Assembly (NCBI GenBank): GCA_949373095.1
Contig: CASIBY010000001.1
Location: 1,467 to 65,466 of the forward strand
DNA: 64,000 bases
Source of the DNA: Candidatus Poseidoniaceae archaeon
Lineage (GTDB): Archaea; Thermoplasmatota; Poseidoniia; Poseidoniales; Poseidoniaceae
Direction of reading: 5' to 3'
Below the pieces are notes generated by a model. The model made no database searches. It saw nothing but the letters and a program-made list of their open reading frames with translations, and was not told the DNA's origin. The position numbers were made by a program, and so were the translations under genes. Below, in pieces: positions 35,413 to 44,241 of this stretch. Positions within the stretch are counted from its first letter, which is position 1. Each line of letters opens with the position of its first letter.

Positions 35413-36570
35413 TTCCTTAGGTCGACATTCAACATCAAATACTACGTGACGGACATGAGGGGCATACCATTTAACGCGTTCAAGATGGTCGCCTCGAATT
35501 GAAAACCCAAGCTCCATAGCATCACTTAGGGATTGAAATTGGTTAATTGCACTGTCTTTCCAATCCTCAATTTCTTCTTCTTTCACATTCATGTGGACAT
35601 GTAACCATCCCCCCGTTGTCTTGAGAGCTTGTAGGGACATCCCCCAAACGGCTTCTGATGATGGAATTAAGCCAAGATGACAGCGGTCAGCGATTCCTTT
35701 GAGTTGTGGGAGTGAGACCTGATTATCTCCCTGATAAACGGTAATCTTGTCAGCAATGCCGTTCGCTTCCGCTCCGCGAAGCAAACCATCGATGGATGGT
35801 GGATTCATTTCGCACGCATGCACATGATTTGCACCCGCATTGATGAGCATAGGGAAGGAGTAGTATCCAATTCCTGCATAAGCATCAACGATGGTTTCTC
35901 CATTCATGTCCATTGCACCTATTCGTCGACGTTCTGTGACATTGCCGGAAGAAAACATGACTTTGCACGCATCAAACTCATAGTGAATTCCATGGTCAAT
36001 GAAGTTCACATATGAACTGCCGAGAAGAAGAACAGCCTGGGATGAACGAACGGTATCCTTGGCAACAGGTGATTGGATGCCAACACTTGTTACATTCAGG
36101 GCGGAAGCAACGGCACGCCAAAGTTCATATCGTTCTTCGTTAGAGGTTTCCGTCCAAATGTTTTGACCGAAACTACCCGAGGGAAAGAGAATAAGTTCTC
36201 CAAGGCGCTCCCATTTATTGGGAAGTGTATCCAAGAATGCTTGCTGGTTTGCTAAGGCTTCGTTAGAAGCCAGATGCTTCAGCCAATTTCTCACAACCTC
36301 TTGAATTCGGGTGTGTGGGTCAACCTTTTCCATCATGTGGGGGGTGTGTTTTATCAGCCGCAGAGGTTGATTTGTTATGGCTGAAATCTCGTTCTTCAAG
36401 AGTTCCGAGAACTCCACTGAACGAAGAGGGAAAGCAATGAAATCCTTTTCATGTTCAACCGGAGAGATATGTGGATGTAAGACTTCATTCGATTTGAGCA
36501 GAGCATGAATACGCTCTCCTAGAATCCGATGAACAGCAAGGAACGGATGACCGCTTTCCTCATGGTTCAT
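35407..36570 (-). CDS. Trm5/Taw2-family (Met-10+ like) SAM-dependent tRNA methyltransferase/aminocarboxypropyltransferase
   Basis: The SAM-binding motif is IVDAYAGIGYYSFPM, followed by ACEMNPPSI (the NPP motif) and an N-terminal D1/D2-like region. This architecture is typical of archaea and eukaryotes. Confidence 0.75.
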   Translation of the reverse strand: MNHEESGHPFLAVHRILGERIHALLKSNEVLHPHISPVEHEKDFIAFPLRSVEFSELLKNEISAITNQPLRLIKHTPHMMEKVDPHTRIQEVVRNWLKHLASNEALANQQAFLDTLPNKWERLGELILFPSGSFGQNIWTETSNEERYELWRAVASALNVTSVGIQSPVAKDTVRSSQAVLLLGSSYVNFIDHGIHYEFDACKVMFSSGNVTERRRIGAMDMNGETIVDAYAGIGYYSFPMLINAGANHVHACEMNPPSIDGLLRGAEANGIADKITVYQGDNQVSLPQLKGIADRCHLGLIPSSEAVWGMSLQALKTTGGWLHVHMNVKEEEIEDWKDSAINQFQSLSDAMELGFSIRGDHLERVKWYAPHVRHVVFDVECRPKES

Positions 36571-36621
36571 GGTAGGGGCATGAGGGGAACTCCTTTCAAG
36601 TTCCCGTTCTTAGCCGGTACG

Positions 36622-39600
36622 ATGTCGGAACTAATCTTCGGGAAGAATCGCTCCAATCCGCTCATTCCAACTCTTCTTGTCGGATTTCTTTTCCTTCAGA
36701 TTTGGGCCCCTCTTGCGAGTGCTGCTGGTATGCAATCCTGCAGTTCTCTTGGTGGTGAGTGTGACGAATACGACCACGCAGAGGATATGACTCCTAATCG
36801 GCAGGATTGGGTAGAAGGAATGTATGTTTTTGATTTGGTTTCAACCCAAACCATCGAACTTGAACTCACCTGGGCTGTTCGTGAATTCGAGCGAGATTCG
36901 CTTGGGCTTGGTTCAGGAACAATCATAGGGAACACTCTTGAAAATACCGATGGACTTGATTCTAATGACGGAGCACCTGCTGATTTAATTCGTGAAATGT
37001 TTAACACAGAAACTGGTGGAAGTGGAACTCCAACGGTGGGTCAAAAACTGAAAAACGAAGTTAATAATGCCATCGAAGAAGCTCTTACCAGCGGGTTTGG
37101 AACCGTGACGAGCTTGAGTACAAATTATGTGAATCAATACACCAATGCAGGCACGGTCACGCAATGTTCAACTGATGAAGCAACCGACTCTGCCGCTGAA
37201 GGGGCCAGTCAAGACAACGTGTTTGAACCCCCTTTGTGCTTTACAGCGGTAGCTTCTGTAGAATTGATCTCCTCGAATTTCAATCTCGCCGGCAATGAAA
37301 ATTTAGACCTTGAGCGCACCTACAAGGGGCTTTTGACCATGGGTGCAGACATTAACACCGGGTTTGAGTTGACGACACAACCGGGTCACAAAGCAGACTT
37401 CATCATCAATCCCCCAGCCTACTCTACGGTCTTGTCAGTTGACGATAACGGGTCGCTTGTTGCCCGTAATGGACCTCCTAGTTATTGGGCTGCAGAATGG
37501 TCCATGAACCACCTCACTGCTCAAGAAGTGGACACTGATTTGCTTCAAACAGTTGACCTGAAAATGGGCCATCGCAACTCATCACAAACCCCTACGGTTT
37601 GGGTGGCTGAAGGAACAAAAGCCCTTGACCTGAACCTTGTTTTGGATTTACGGGATGAAAATGCGGCCACGATTGATTTTGTAGCAGGCTTGTATTATCT
37701 GGATGAAGCCACGCTCTCCGATTGGGGGATTAACATGTTTGAAGTTTCATCGGATGCCAGTATTCCATTGATTACTTCCGATGGAATACGTCTCGCATAC
37801 CATAACGGCATTGTTGACCTTACACAGTTTACCGACCAATTTCCGATTGGGGATATTGTGGAGGGAATTGGTTCTACGGTAGCAGGTGTGGGAGACATCA
37901 CAATGAGTGACCTTGAATGGGTTTCTGAATCGGATGGAACCGGGAATTTCGAACAGCCTGGAGGGCTTAATTACACCCACTCTGCAGGTTGCTCAGAACC
38001 TGTTTTATCAGGTCAAGAGTTGAATTATTGCCTCGAAGGTTCGGTTGCAATGGATGCAACATATCCTGTTTACCTTCAAACAACAAGTGCACCGATTCAG
38101 AACATGAGCTTGATTAGCATTCTCAAGGAATACAACTCCAATGCAATGGTAGATGACTTCCTTGGTGGGGTGCAGCAAAACGATTTGGAGCGTTTGATGA
38201 ACTCAGGAATCACACTTGAAACTGTTCTCGACTCAAGTTACCTCGACGACATTATACCAGATGGTCTTCCGCCATCTGAACTAACCGTTGAAATCCTTGT
38301 CCCTTCTTGGATCACAACCATGGATGGTAGTTCGAAAATCATCTTGACAAAAACGATTGAAGGAACTCAGAGCACAGATGTTTCGTTTACTGGAACAGGC
38401 CCTTCCTATTCGTGGGAAAGTGAAATCAAGAACGATGAAGGTGATGTTCTTTGTTATGCAAATCAAACCACATGCATTAGTAGTAAAATTGACATGGATT
38501 GGGAGAAATTCAGTTTGAACGAATGGAGTCAATCCGTTAGTTTCACCTTTGCCTTGGATGCCGAACTCAGTATTTACAGAATAGGAATCCCTCTTGATGA
38601 CCTCCCACAAGATGAAAAGACCAAAGTTACCATGGAAGCAATTCCATCAGACCTGATTCGCCTCATCATTGACCTGTCCAGTAGGATGGACGAGCCTCTG
38701 GAGACAACAGTTCCGCTTGATGACGAAGAGATCACGATGACGGCTACACGGCAGGGAATGAAAGACTTCACCGAACTTTTCGGAGAAACCATAACAGACC
38801 AGATTCATAAAATAGGAACCGAGATTGAATCAAATGAGAGTATAGAGAAAATGGATTTAAGTGGTTTTGAATTGAAAACTAAAATATCCGGAATCGAGGC
38901 TCCTGATGAAACTATTTCTGACGAAGAACCCATTACGCTGAAGGTTACAATACCAAGAGTTACGTTCACAATTGGACTGGATGTTAATACAGATGAAATA
39001 GGAACTGACGATAATAATCCCCTTTTAGGAGTCGGTATAAGCGTTGTCGCAGATGCCTTGACGACCTCATTTGTTCAACCGATGGAATGGGCAGCTAATG
39101 CCCTTACCTCTGGAATCACCAACTCTATGTTCAACATGAAGGGCATCAGTTATCCTCAAGAATTTAGCACTCCGGCTGTCAATACGACCGTTGAGGATGA
39201 TTATGGCATTGAAATGTCGGGGCCGATATCTTTTACACTCCCTTGGGGAGTTGAAATTCAGGATTGGAATTCAACATCAGGTAATCTCAAAGTGACAGAA
39301 GATGGGGGCCGCCAAACCGTAACTTACCTGATCCCACCAGGTACATTTAGCGATGATATTTCATATACAATACATGTCAGTTGGATGTATTTCTTACTTC
39401 AATTCTGGATTTATCCAACCATCGTAATTCTTCTTTTGGTCCTGTTTATACGACGTCGTCGCAGAAAGAAGAAGGCCAAAAAGAATCGTTTGAAGCAGCG
39501 AGAAAACAACATCAACAAGGCTCAACTTGGAGACAGTGAATTTTCTGACCTCGTAGGGTTTTCCAGTCCAGGACTTCGGCATGGTGAGTCCATAGAGGAC

Positions 39601-39624
39601 ATGGCTTCAATAGACGATTACTGA
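36622..39624 (+). CDS. Large secreted surface protein with a C-terminal TM anchor and a basic/acidic cytoplasmic tail
   Basis: The signal peptide is LIPTLLVGFLFLQIWAPLASAAG and the ATG at 36622 was chosen as the start. The ectodomain is long and rich in Thr/Asn/Asp. The C-terminal TM helix (FWIYPTIVILLLVLFI) is followed by RRRRRKKKAKKNR. Confidence 0.6.
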   Translation: MSELIFGKNRSNPLIPTLLVGFLFLQIWAPLASAAGMQSCSSLGGECDEYDHAEDMTPNRQDWVEGMYVFDLVSTQTIELELTWAVREFERDSLGLGSGTIIGNTLENTDGLDSNDGAPADLIREMFNTETGGSGTPTVGQKLKNEVNNAIEEALTSGFGTVTSLSTNYVNQYTNAGTVTQCSTDEATDSAAEGASQDNVFEPPLCFTAVASVELISSNFNLAGNENLDLERTYKGLLTMGADINTGFELTTQPGHKADFIINPPAYSTVLSVDDNGSLVARNGPPSYWAAEWSMNHLTAQEVDTDLLQTVDLKMGHRNSSQTPTVWVAEGTKALDLNLVLDLRDENAATIDFVAGLYYLDEATLSDWGINMFEVSSDASIPLITSDGIRLAYHNGIVDLTQFTDQFPIGDIVEGIGSTVAGVGDITMSDLEWVSESDGTGNFEQPGGLNYTHSAGCSEPVLSGQELNYCLEGSVAMDATYPVYLQTTSAPIQNMSLISILKEYNSNAMVDDFLGGVQQNDLERLMNSGITLETVLDSSYLDDIIPDGLPPSELTVEILVPSWITTMDGSSKIILTKTIEGTQSTDVSFTGTGPSYSWESEIKNDEGDVLCYANQTTCISSKIDMDWEKFSLNEWSQSVSFTFALDAELSIYRIGIPLDDLPQDEKTKVTMEAIPSDLIRLIIDLSSRMDEPLETTVPLDDEEITMTATRQGMKDFTELFGETITDQIHKIGTEIESNESIEKMDLSGFELKTKISGIEAPDETISDEEPITLKVTIPRVTFTIGLDVNTDEIGTDDNNPLLGVGISVVADALTTSFVQPMEWAANALTSGITNSMFNMKGISYPQEFSTPAVNTTVEDDYGIEMSGPISFTLPWGVEIQDWNSTSGNLKVTEDGGRQTVTYLIPPGTFSDDISYTIHVSWMYFLLQFWIYPTIVILLLVLFIRRRRRKKKAKKNRLKQRENNINKAQLGDSEFSDLVGFSSPGLRHGESIEDMASIDDY

Positions 39625-39627
39625 CGC

Positions 39628-41352
39628 TCAGTGCAGCGAATCGTAGATTCGTTGAGCCAATGATGGGCCAATGCCGGGCACGGTAAGTAATTCGTTGACG
39701 GCAGCGTGTTCGATGCCTTTTCTTCCTCCAAAATGGCGAAGAAGAGTTTGCAACTTTTTGGCACCCAACCCTTCAACGGTTTCAAGCGGGTCTGCCAACC
39801 GGTTTCGACTTCGCCGTTTGCGATGAAACGTATTGACAAAGCGGTGGGCTTCGTCTCTCGCATGGACCATTACCCTTCCTTGCCGGTCAAGAACCAATGG
39901 CTCATGGCCGTCCCGATAAATGGTTTCTTCACGTTTGGCCAAGGCTGCTAAAGGAAAGCGTCCAGCCCAACCGTGCTCTTCTAGTGCCTTTTTGATCGTG
40001 CTGAGGTGAGTTTCTCCACCGTCGATGAGAAGAAGGTCAGGCCATTCTTCTTGTCGCTTCGCCCATCTTACTACCACTTCTTTCATCATCCGTAAATCGT
40101 CGATAGCGTCGCCTTTGACCACGTATTTACGATATTCATCTTTGGCAGGCCGTCCATTTCTCATAACGACACTTGCACCAACCCGTTCACTACCAAGAAG
40201 TTGAGCCATGTCAAAACAAACGACGTGATTTAATTGGTCCAATCCTAATACCGCCGCTCCATCATCTGCAGCTCGTTGCTCAAGGGAGCCACTTGTTTTT
40301 GTTGCCATCCGTTGAAGTTGGATTTCAGCATTCTGGCGAGCAAGTGTGGCCAAATTTTCAAGGTCACCTCGTTGAGGTGTACGAACCTCTACCAAACTTC
40401 CTCTTCGTTGATTTAACCACGATTGAAGTCCATCAAAGATAGGCACGGGGCTCAAGAGAAGTCTTGGTGGCCTTCGGTGAGTATAATGTTCTGAAATAAA
40501 CATGGAAATCGTTTCACCAATATCGCCTCCATAGACCACCGGCCAGGCTTCTTGACCTTGGACCATGCCTTCGTCTGCATGCAATACAACAACAGCAGCC
40601 AACTCTCCTTGGGTAGCAAGGCCAATGGCGTCGCAATCACGGTAGACTTTGCTTGAGACGACATGTTGACTGGTTGTGGCCCGCACGGCCCGAATGGTAT
40701 CTCTGTATCTTGCCGCTTCCTCAAAGGCTTCACGAGCGGAAGCATCCTCCATAGAAGCAACCAGTTCGTCGGTTAGAGAGGCAGCGTTTCCGTTCAGAAT
40801 TTGGCGGACGTTCCTGACGTTTTCGTTGTAGCCTTCAGGCGAGACACAAGGACCCGCACACAATCCAATATGCATGGAAAGGCATCCTTGGGGGAGCAGT
40901 TCCTTGCAGTCACGAATTCCAAACTGTCGTCGTAATAACTGCATGACCTGTTTTGCAGCCCCAGCATTTGGGAAGGGGCCCCATTGCTCGGAATTCTTTG
41001 GAGGATAACGCGTGTACATGATGCGTGGGAACTCATGATTGGTCAGGACGAGGTAGGGGAATGATTTGCCGTCCTTGAGCATTGAATTGTAACGCGGCAT
41101 ATGCTCTCGAATTAATTGTCTTTCGAGGATGAGGGCGGCTTGGGGTGTCTGGGTCACGATACACTCGATATCGTCGGCTTTTGTGACGAGTTCTGGAATC
41201 ATTTGTCGGTCTGGATTGGATGCGAAATACGACCGTATTCGTTCGTTAAGACGCGTTGCTTTTCCGACATAGAGGACCCTTCCCTCTGCGGTTTTGAACA
41301 AATAAACACCCGCCTCCTTGGGGAGGTTAGCCGAACTGAGGTCGACGGGCAT
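39628..41352 (-). CDS. uvrC: Excinuclease ABC subunit C
   Basis: It has the GIY-YIG domain (GVYLFKTAEGRVLYVGKATRLNERIRSYF), a UVR domain (AREAFEEAARYRDTIRAV), an RNase H-like endonuclease region, and a C-terminal (HhH)2 (LLTVPGIGPSLAQRI). Confidence 0.95.
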   Translation of the reverse strand: MPVDLSSANLPKEAGVYLFKTAEGRVLYVGKATRLNERIRSYFASNPDRQMIPELVTKADDIECIVTQTPQAALILERQLIREHMPRYNSMLKDGKSFPYLVLTNHEFPRIMYTRYPPKNSEQWGPFPNAGAAKQVMQLLRRQFGIRDCKELLPQGCLSMHIGLCAGPCVSPEGYNENVRNVRQILNGNAASLTDELVASMEDASAREAFEEAARYRDTIRAVRATTSQHVVSSKVYRDCDAIGLATQGELAAVVVLHADEGMVQGQEAWPVVYGGDIGETISMFISEHYTHRRPPRLLLSPVPIFDGLQSWLNQRRGSLVEVRTPQRGDLENLATLARQNAEIQLQRMATKTSGSLEQRAADDGAAVLGLDQLNHVVCFDMAQLLGSERVGASVVMRNGRPAKDEYRKYVVKGDAIDDLRMMKEVVVRWAKRQEEWPDLLLIDGGETHLSTIKKALEEHGWAGRFPLAALAKREETIYRDGHEPLVLDRQGRVMVHARDEAHRFVNTFHRKRRSRNRLADPLETVEGLGAKKLQTLLRHFGGRKGIEHAAVNELLTVPGIGPSLAQRIYDSLH

Positions 41353-41425
41353 AGAGATGCCTTAGAGACGGTGGCTCAAAAGGGCAACCCCGTGAAGAGA
41401 AGGGTTCACGCAACCAATGGGATGA

Positions 41426-43660
41426 TTGATGAAGGAGAAGCAGGAAGTGCATTATGGAAGAGATATGCTTAGTCGTTCGCAGGAGAAGTTGCTCCGATAC
41501 CTCGGTACCTTTCCAGAGGCCTTGGATCAAGCCTGGGATGTTCCTCGTGACCTGTCCCTCCCAGGCCTTGCCGAAGCGATGGGCGTTGTACGCTCGGGGT
41601 TGAACCGACCTCTCAGTTTATTGGAATCTGAACAATTGATTGCCGTTCGTATTGCTCACGTCATCGGGGGAGGTTCTCGCCGACGGCAGGTTTACCACGC
41701 CTCTGAAAAAGGTCGTTTATGGCTGCTTGAACACCCTGAAATTGCTGAAGTTGAGAAGGGAGAAGACGAAAACAAGCAAAACCATCCATCAACCGAACTC
41801 ATTGGTCGTAAGGACACACTTCTGGATTTGGAATCTCTTTTTGGCCATCATGAGCCCGTTTTTCTTGGAGGCTTATCGGGGATCGGAAAGACAACCGTGG
41901 CGCAAGCCCTTACGGGCCGTGCCTCAGTTGAAGGCACGTCCACTCATTCAGCAGTCGTCAATGAGTTCTCTGACTTGAGAGATATTATTCAACAATGGTT
42001 TCCAACCGTCAACCCACTTCCACACGATACAGAGGCATTGGCATCGCTTCTGGAGGCCTCAGATAAGAAGCAAATGTTTGTGATTGATGATGTCCATTTG
42101 ATTTCACAAAGGCACGCATCGAAAATTAAAGACATGATCGCAACATTCCAATGTGACAACTCAACGACACTTCTTCTTGTTGGCCGAACCCCGCTCCCGT
42201 TCAATATTGATTGTGAATACCGACAATTGCCCGCTCTTGACCCTGAAGATGCCACTCAATTGTTGGGAGAGCATTTGGACTTGGAACACCGCCTTTCGGT
42301 TGCAAAAGCCCTGGGTGGCCATCCAATGGCTCTGCAGTTATACTCGGAAGGAACACCGCTTCCAGAGGCTGGAGAAGACATTCAGAATTTTGTTGAGCAA
42401 ACGATTCTGCAAAACCTTGGGGACGAGGAGTTGGCTGCCTTGGACCACTTTGTTCTCTTCCCCAGGCCACTTGCCTCAAAAGAGGTCCCTCATCAAGATG
42501 AAATCGCAGATTTGGATGTGCATGCCCTCTTGCGGTGGGAACATGATAACACGAAACTTGAGATTCAACACTTGGTCCGAAATGTTCGTCGGACAATGTT
42601 CTCCTCAGACCGGCTCAAAGAACTCCATCAACAATCCCTGAACCACTGGCTCATGTGTGAAGACACTCCGGATTCACAAATTCTTCGCCTGTACCATCAA
42701 CTCGCCCTTGATGACCCCGACTTTCATCCACAAATTGAACGTCAAGTTGAACGTCTCCTTCCTGCCCAAGGCGCTGCGATCGCCGTCATTCTAAACCGTG
42801 CGGTTGAACAAAAACCAGATGATGAGATGCTTCACTATTGGGCGGGTAAAGTCGCCCTCCACCGTCATGAAACCGACCAAGCTCAGATTCATCTTGATTC
42901 GCTATCGGACGAAAGTCTCCGAAGCGAATTGGCGTATCAAAAAGCACTTCTTGAGGGCAATGAGACAGAATCTAAACTATTGTTGAATGCCGTTCTCGCT
43001 CAAGCCAACGATGTGGAGGCTGCGCGCACCTTGCTCTCTGCAGCGGTACAACAACTCGAAGACCGTTTGTTTGACGAACCATCAGATACAGTGTCTTCCT
43101 CAATTCATTCTCTTCTTCAAGACGTCAAACTCCCTCAACGGCAAGAATATCGCACTGCGATGATGGTGAGTCTATCGATGATTCAACATGCAGTGTCTTT
43201 GTTTGAGGGAGATTCCCAACGAGCAAACGAACTTCGTGATGCACTCGCTTCCATCAGTGATGAGCATGACCCCTTCGTTCGACTGCTCAAACTAAAGGCA
43301 TCCTTCCGTTTCCATTCTTCTGGTAGTCTTGAAGAACTAATTGCAGAAGCAGAAGCTGTCATCCAACTGCAACCAACCGATTTTCACAAGGCCGCTTTAG
43401 GATTGACTCTTGCTGAATTTCTATGGATTCATGATTCACAGAGAGCACAATCCGTGTTTGCAGATGTTCCACAACCCGACACACTTCAATCCAAAGGAGT
43501 AGCTCAACAGCGCTATGCTGGGCGATGGTGGTATTTGCATTCAAAATTGTCACCGAACCAAGCTCTTATGTCAATGCGAGAAGCAAGTCGTTGCTTCCGT
43601 TCAGCAGGTTGTCATTCAGCCAGCCGTAAACTTGTCAAACGAATGCATCGTTTGTTGTGA
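41426..43660 (+). CDS. wHTH + P-loop NTPase + helical/TPR-like repeat protein (STAND/MalT-like putative regulator)
   Basis: The N-terminal winged helix is LPGLAEAMGVVRSGLNRPLSLLESEQLI. Walker A is GGLSGIGKTT (about 41866-41895) and Walker B is MFVIDDVH. The C-terminal region of about 400 aa is helical. Confidence 0.65.
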   Translation: MMKEKQEVHYGRDMLSRSQEKLLRYLGTFPEALDQAWDVPRDLSLPGLAEAMGVVRSGLNRPLSLLESEQLIAVRIAHVIGGGSRRRQVYHASEKGRLWLLEHPEIAEVEKGEDENKQNHPSTELIGRKDTLLDLESLFGHHEPVFLGGLSGIGKTTVAQALTGRASVEGTSTHSAVVNEFSDLRDIIQQWFPTVNPLPHDTEALASLLEASDKKQMFVIDDVHLISQRHASKIKDMIATFQCDNSTTLLLVGRTPLPFNIDCEYRQLPALDPEDATQLLGEHLDLEHRLSVAKALGGHPMALQLYSEGTPLPEAGEDIQNFVEQTILQNLGDEELAALDHFVLFPRPLASKEVPHQDEIADLDVHALLRWEHDNTKLEIQHLVRNVRRTMFSSDRLKELHQQSLNHWLMCEDTPDSQILRLYHQLALDDPDFHPQIERQVERLLPAQGAAIAVILNRAVEQKPDDEMLHYWAGKVALHRHETDQAQIHLDSLSDESLRSELAYQKALLEGNETESKLLLNAVLAQANDVEAARTLLSAAVQQLEDRLFDEPSDTVSSSIHSLLQDVKLPQRQEYRTAMMVSLSMIQHAVSLFEGDSQRANELRDALASISDEHDPFVRLLKLKASFRFHSSGSLEELIAEAEAVIQLQPTDFHKAALGLTLAEFLWIHDSQRAQSVFADVPQPDTLQSKGVAQQRYAGRWWYLHSKLSPNQALMSMREASRCFRSAGCHSASRKLVKRMHRLL

Positions 43661-43906
43661 TTAGAGTTCTGCTCCAATCAATGTCTTTGTGTCAGCAATG
43701 CCGCTAAGAGAGCGGATGTCCTCAACAATGCATCGGGTAAGTGCATATTCTTCATCGGCCTGAACACGAGCGATGATATCGTATTCGCCAAACAGCATCC
43801 ATCTGTTGGTCACTAAAGCGATGTTATCAAGCGCAGTACGGACGTTGTTCTCTTCGCCGGGGAGGGTGGTAATCAATACGAATCCAATAGCCATTTCATC
43901 ACTCAT
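43661..43906 (-). CDS. Stand-alone Lrp/AsnC-type ligand-binding (RAM) domain protein
   Basis: It is about 80 aa with an alpha/beta-sandwich pattern (FVLITTLPGEENNV...GEYDIIARVQA...IADTKTLI) and has no HTH. Confidence 0.65.
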   Translation of the reverse strand: MSDEMAIGFVLITTLPGEENNVRTALDNIALVTNRWMLFGEYDIIARVQADEEYALTRCIVEDIRSLSGIADTKTLIGAEL

Positions 43907-44136
43907 CCTTCAACTGCGATCAGCGTTTGTGTTTCTTTGACGCCTGTTATCTTACGAAATGTATTCATCACGAGGTCAGAAAGCCGTTTGGAATTGGGTG
44001 CAGTAATGCGCACCAAGAGATCAAACTCGCCGTAGAGTGCATGAACCTCTGCGACATCCCCGTGTCCGGTAAGTGCGAGGTACACTTCACGCTCATGGGT
44101 AGGTTCAGTTTTGAACAGAATAAAAGCCTCAGGCAT
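43903..44136 (-). CDS. Stand-alone Lrp/AsnC-type ligand-binding (RAM) domain protein
   Basis: AFILFKTEPTHEREV...YGEFDLLVRITAPN...ITGVKETQTLIAVE is the RAM pattern. It overlaps the downstream paralogue by 4 bp (ATGA). Confidence 0.65.
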   Translation of the reverse strand: MPEAFILFKTEPTHEREVYLALTGHGDVAEVHALYGEFDLLVRITAPNSKRLSDLVMNTFRKITGVKETQTLIAVEG

Positions 44137-44241
44137 GTATGTTGGAATGAAAGTCGGGATTTATGGCTTCCTCTTAGTGCGTTTCCTCTTCCGATACATA
44201 GCAGCGAACCATTGAAAGGGTATTGCAGGTGATTCCGAGAT

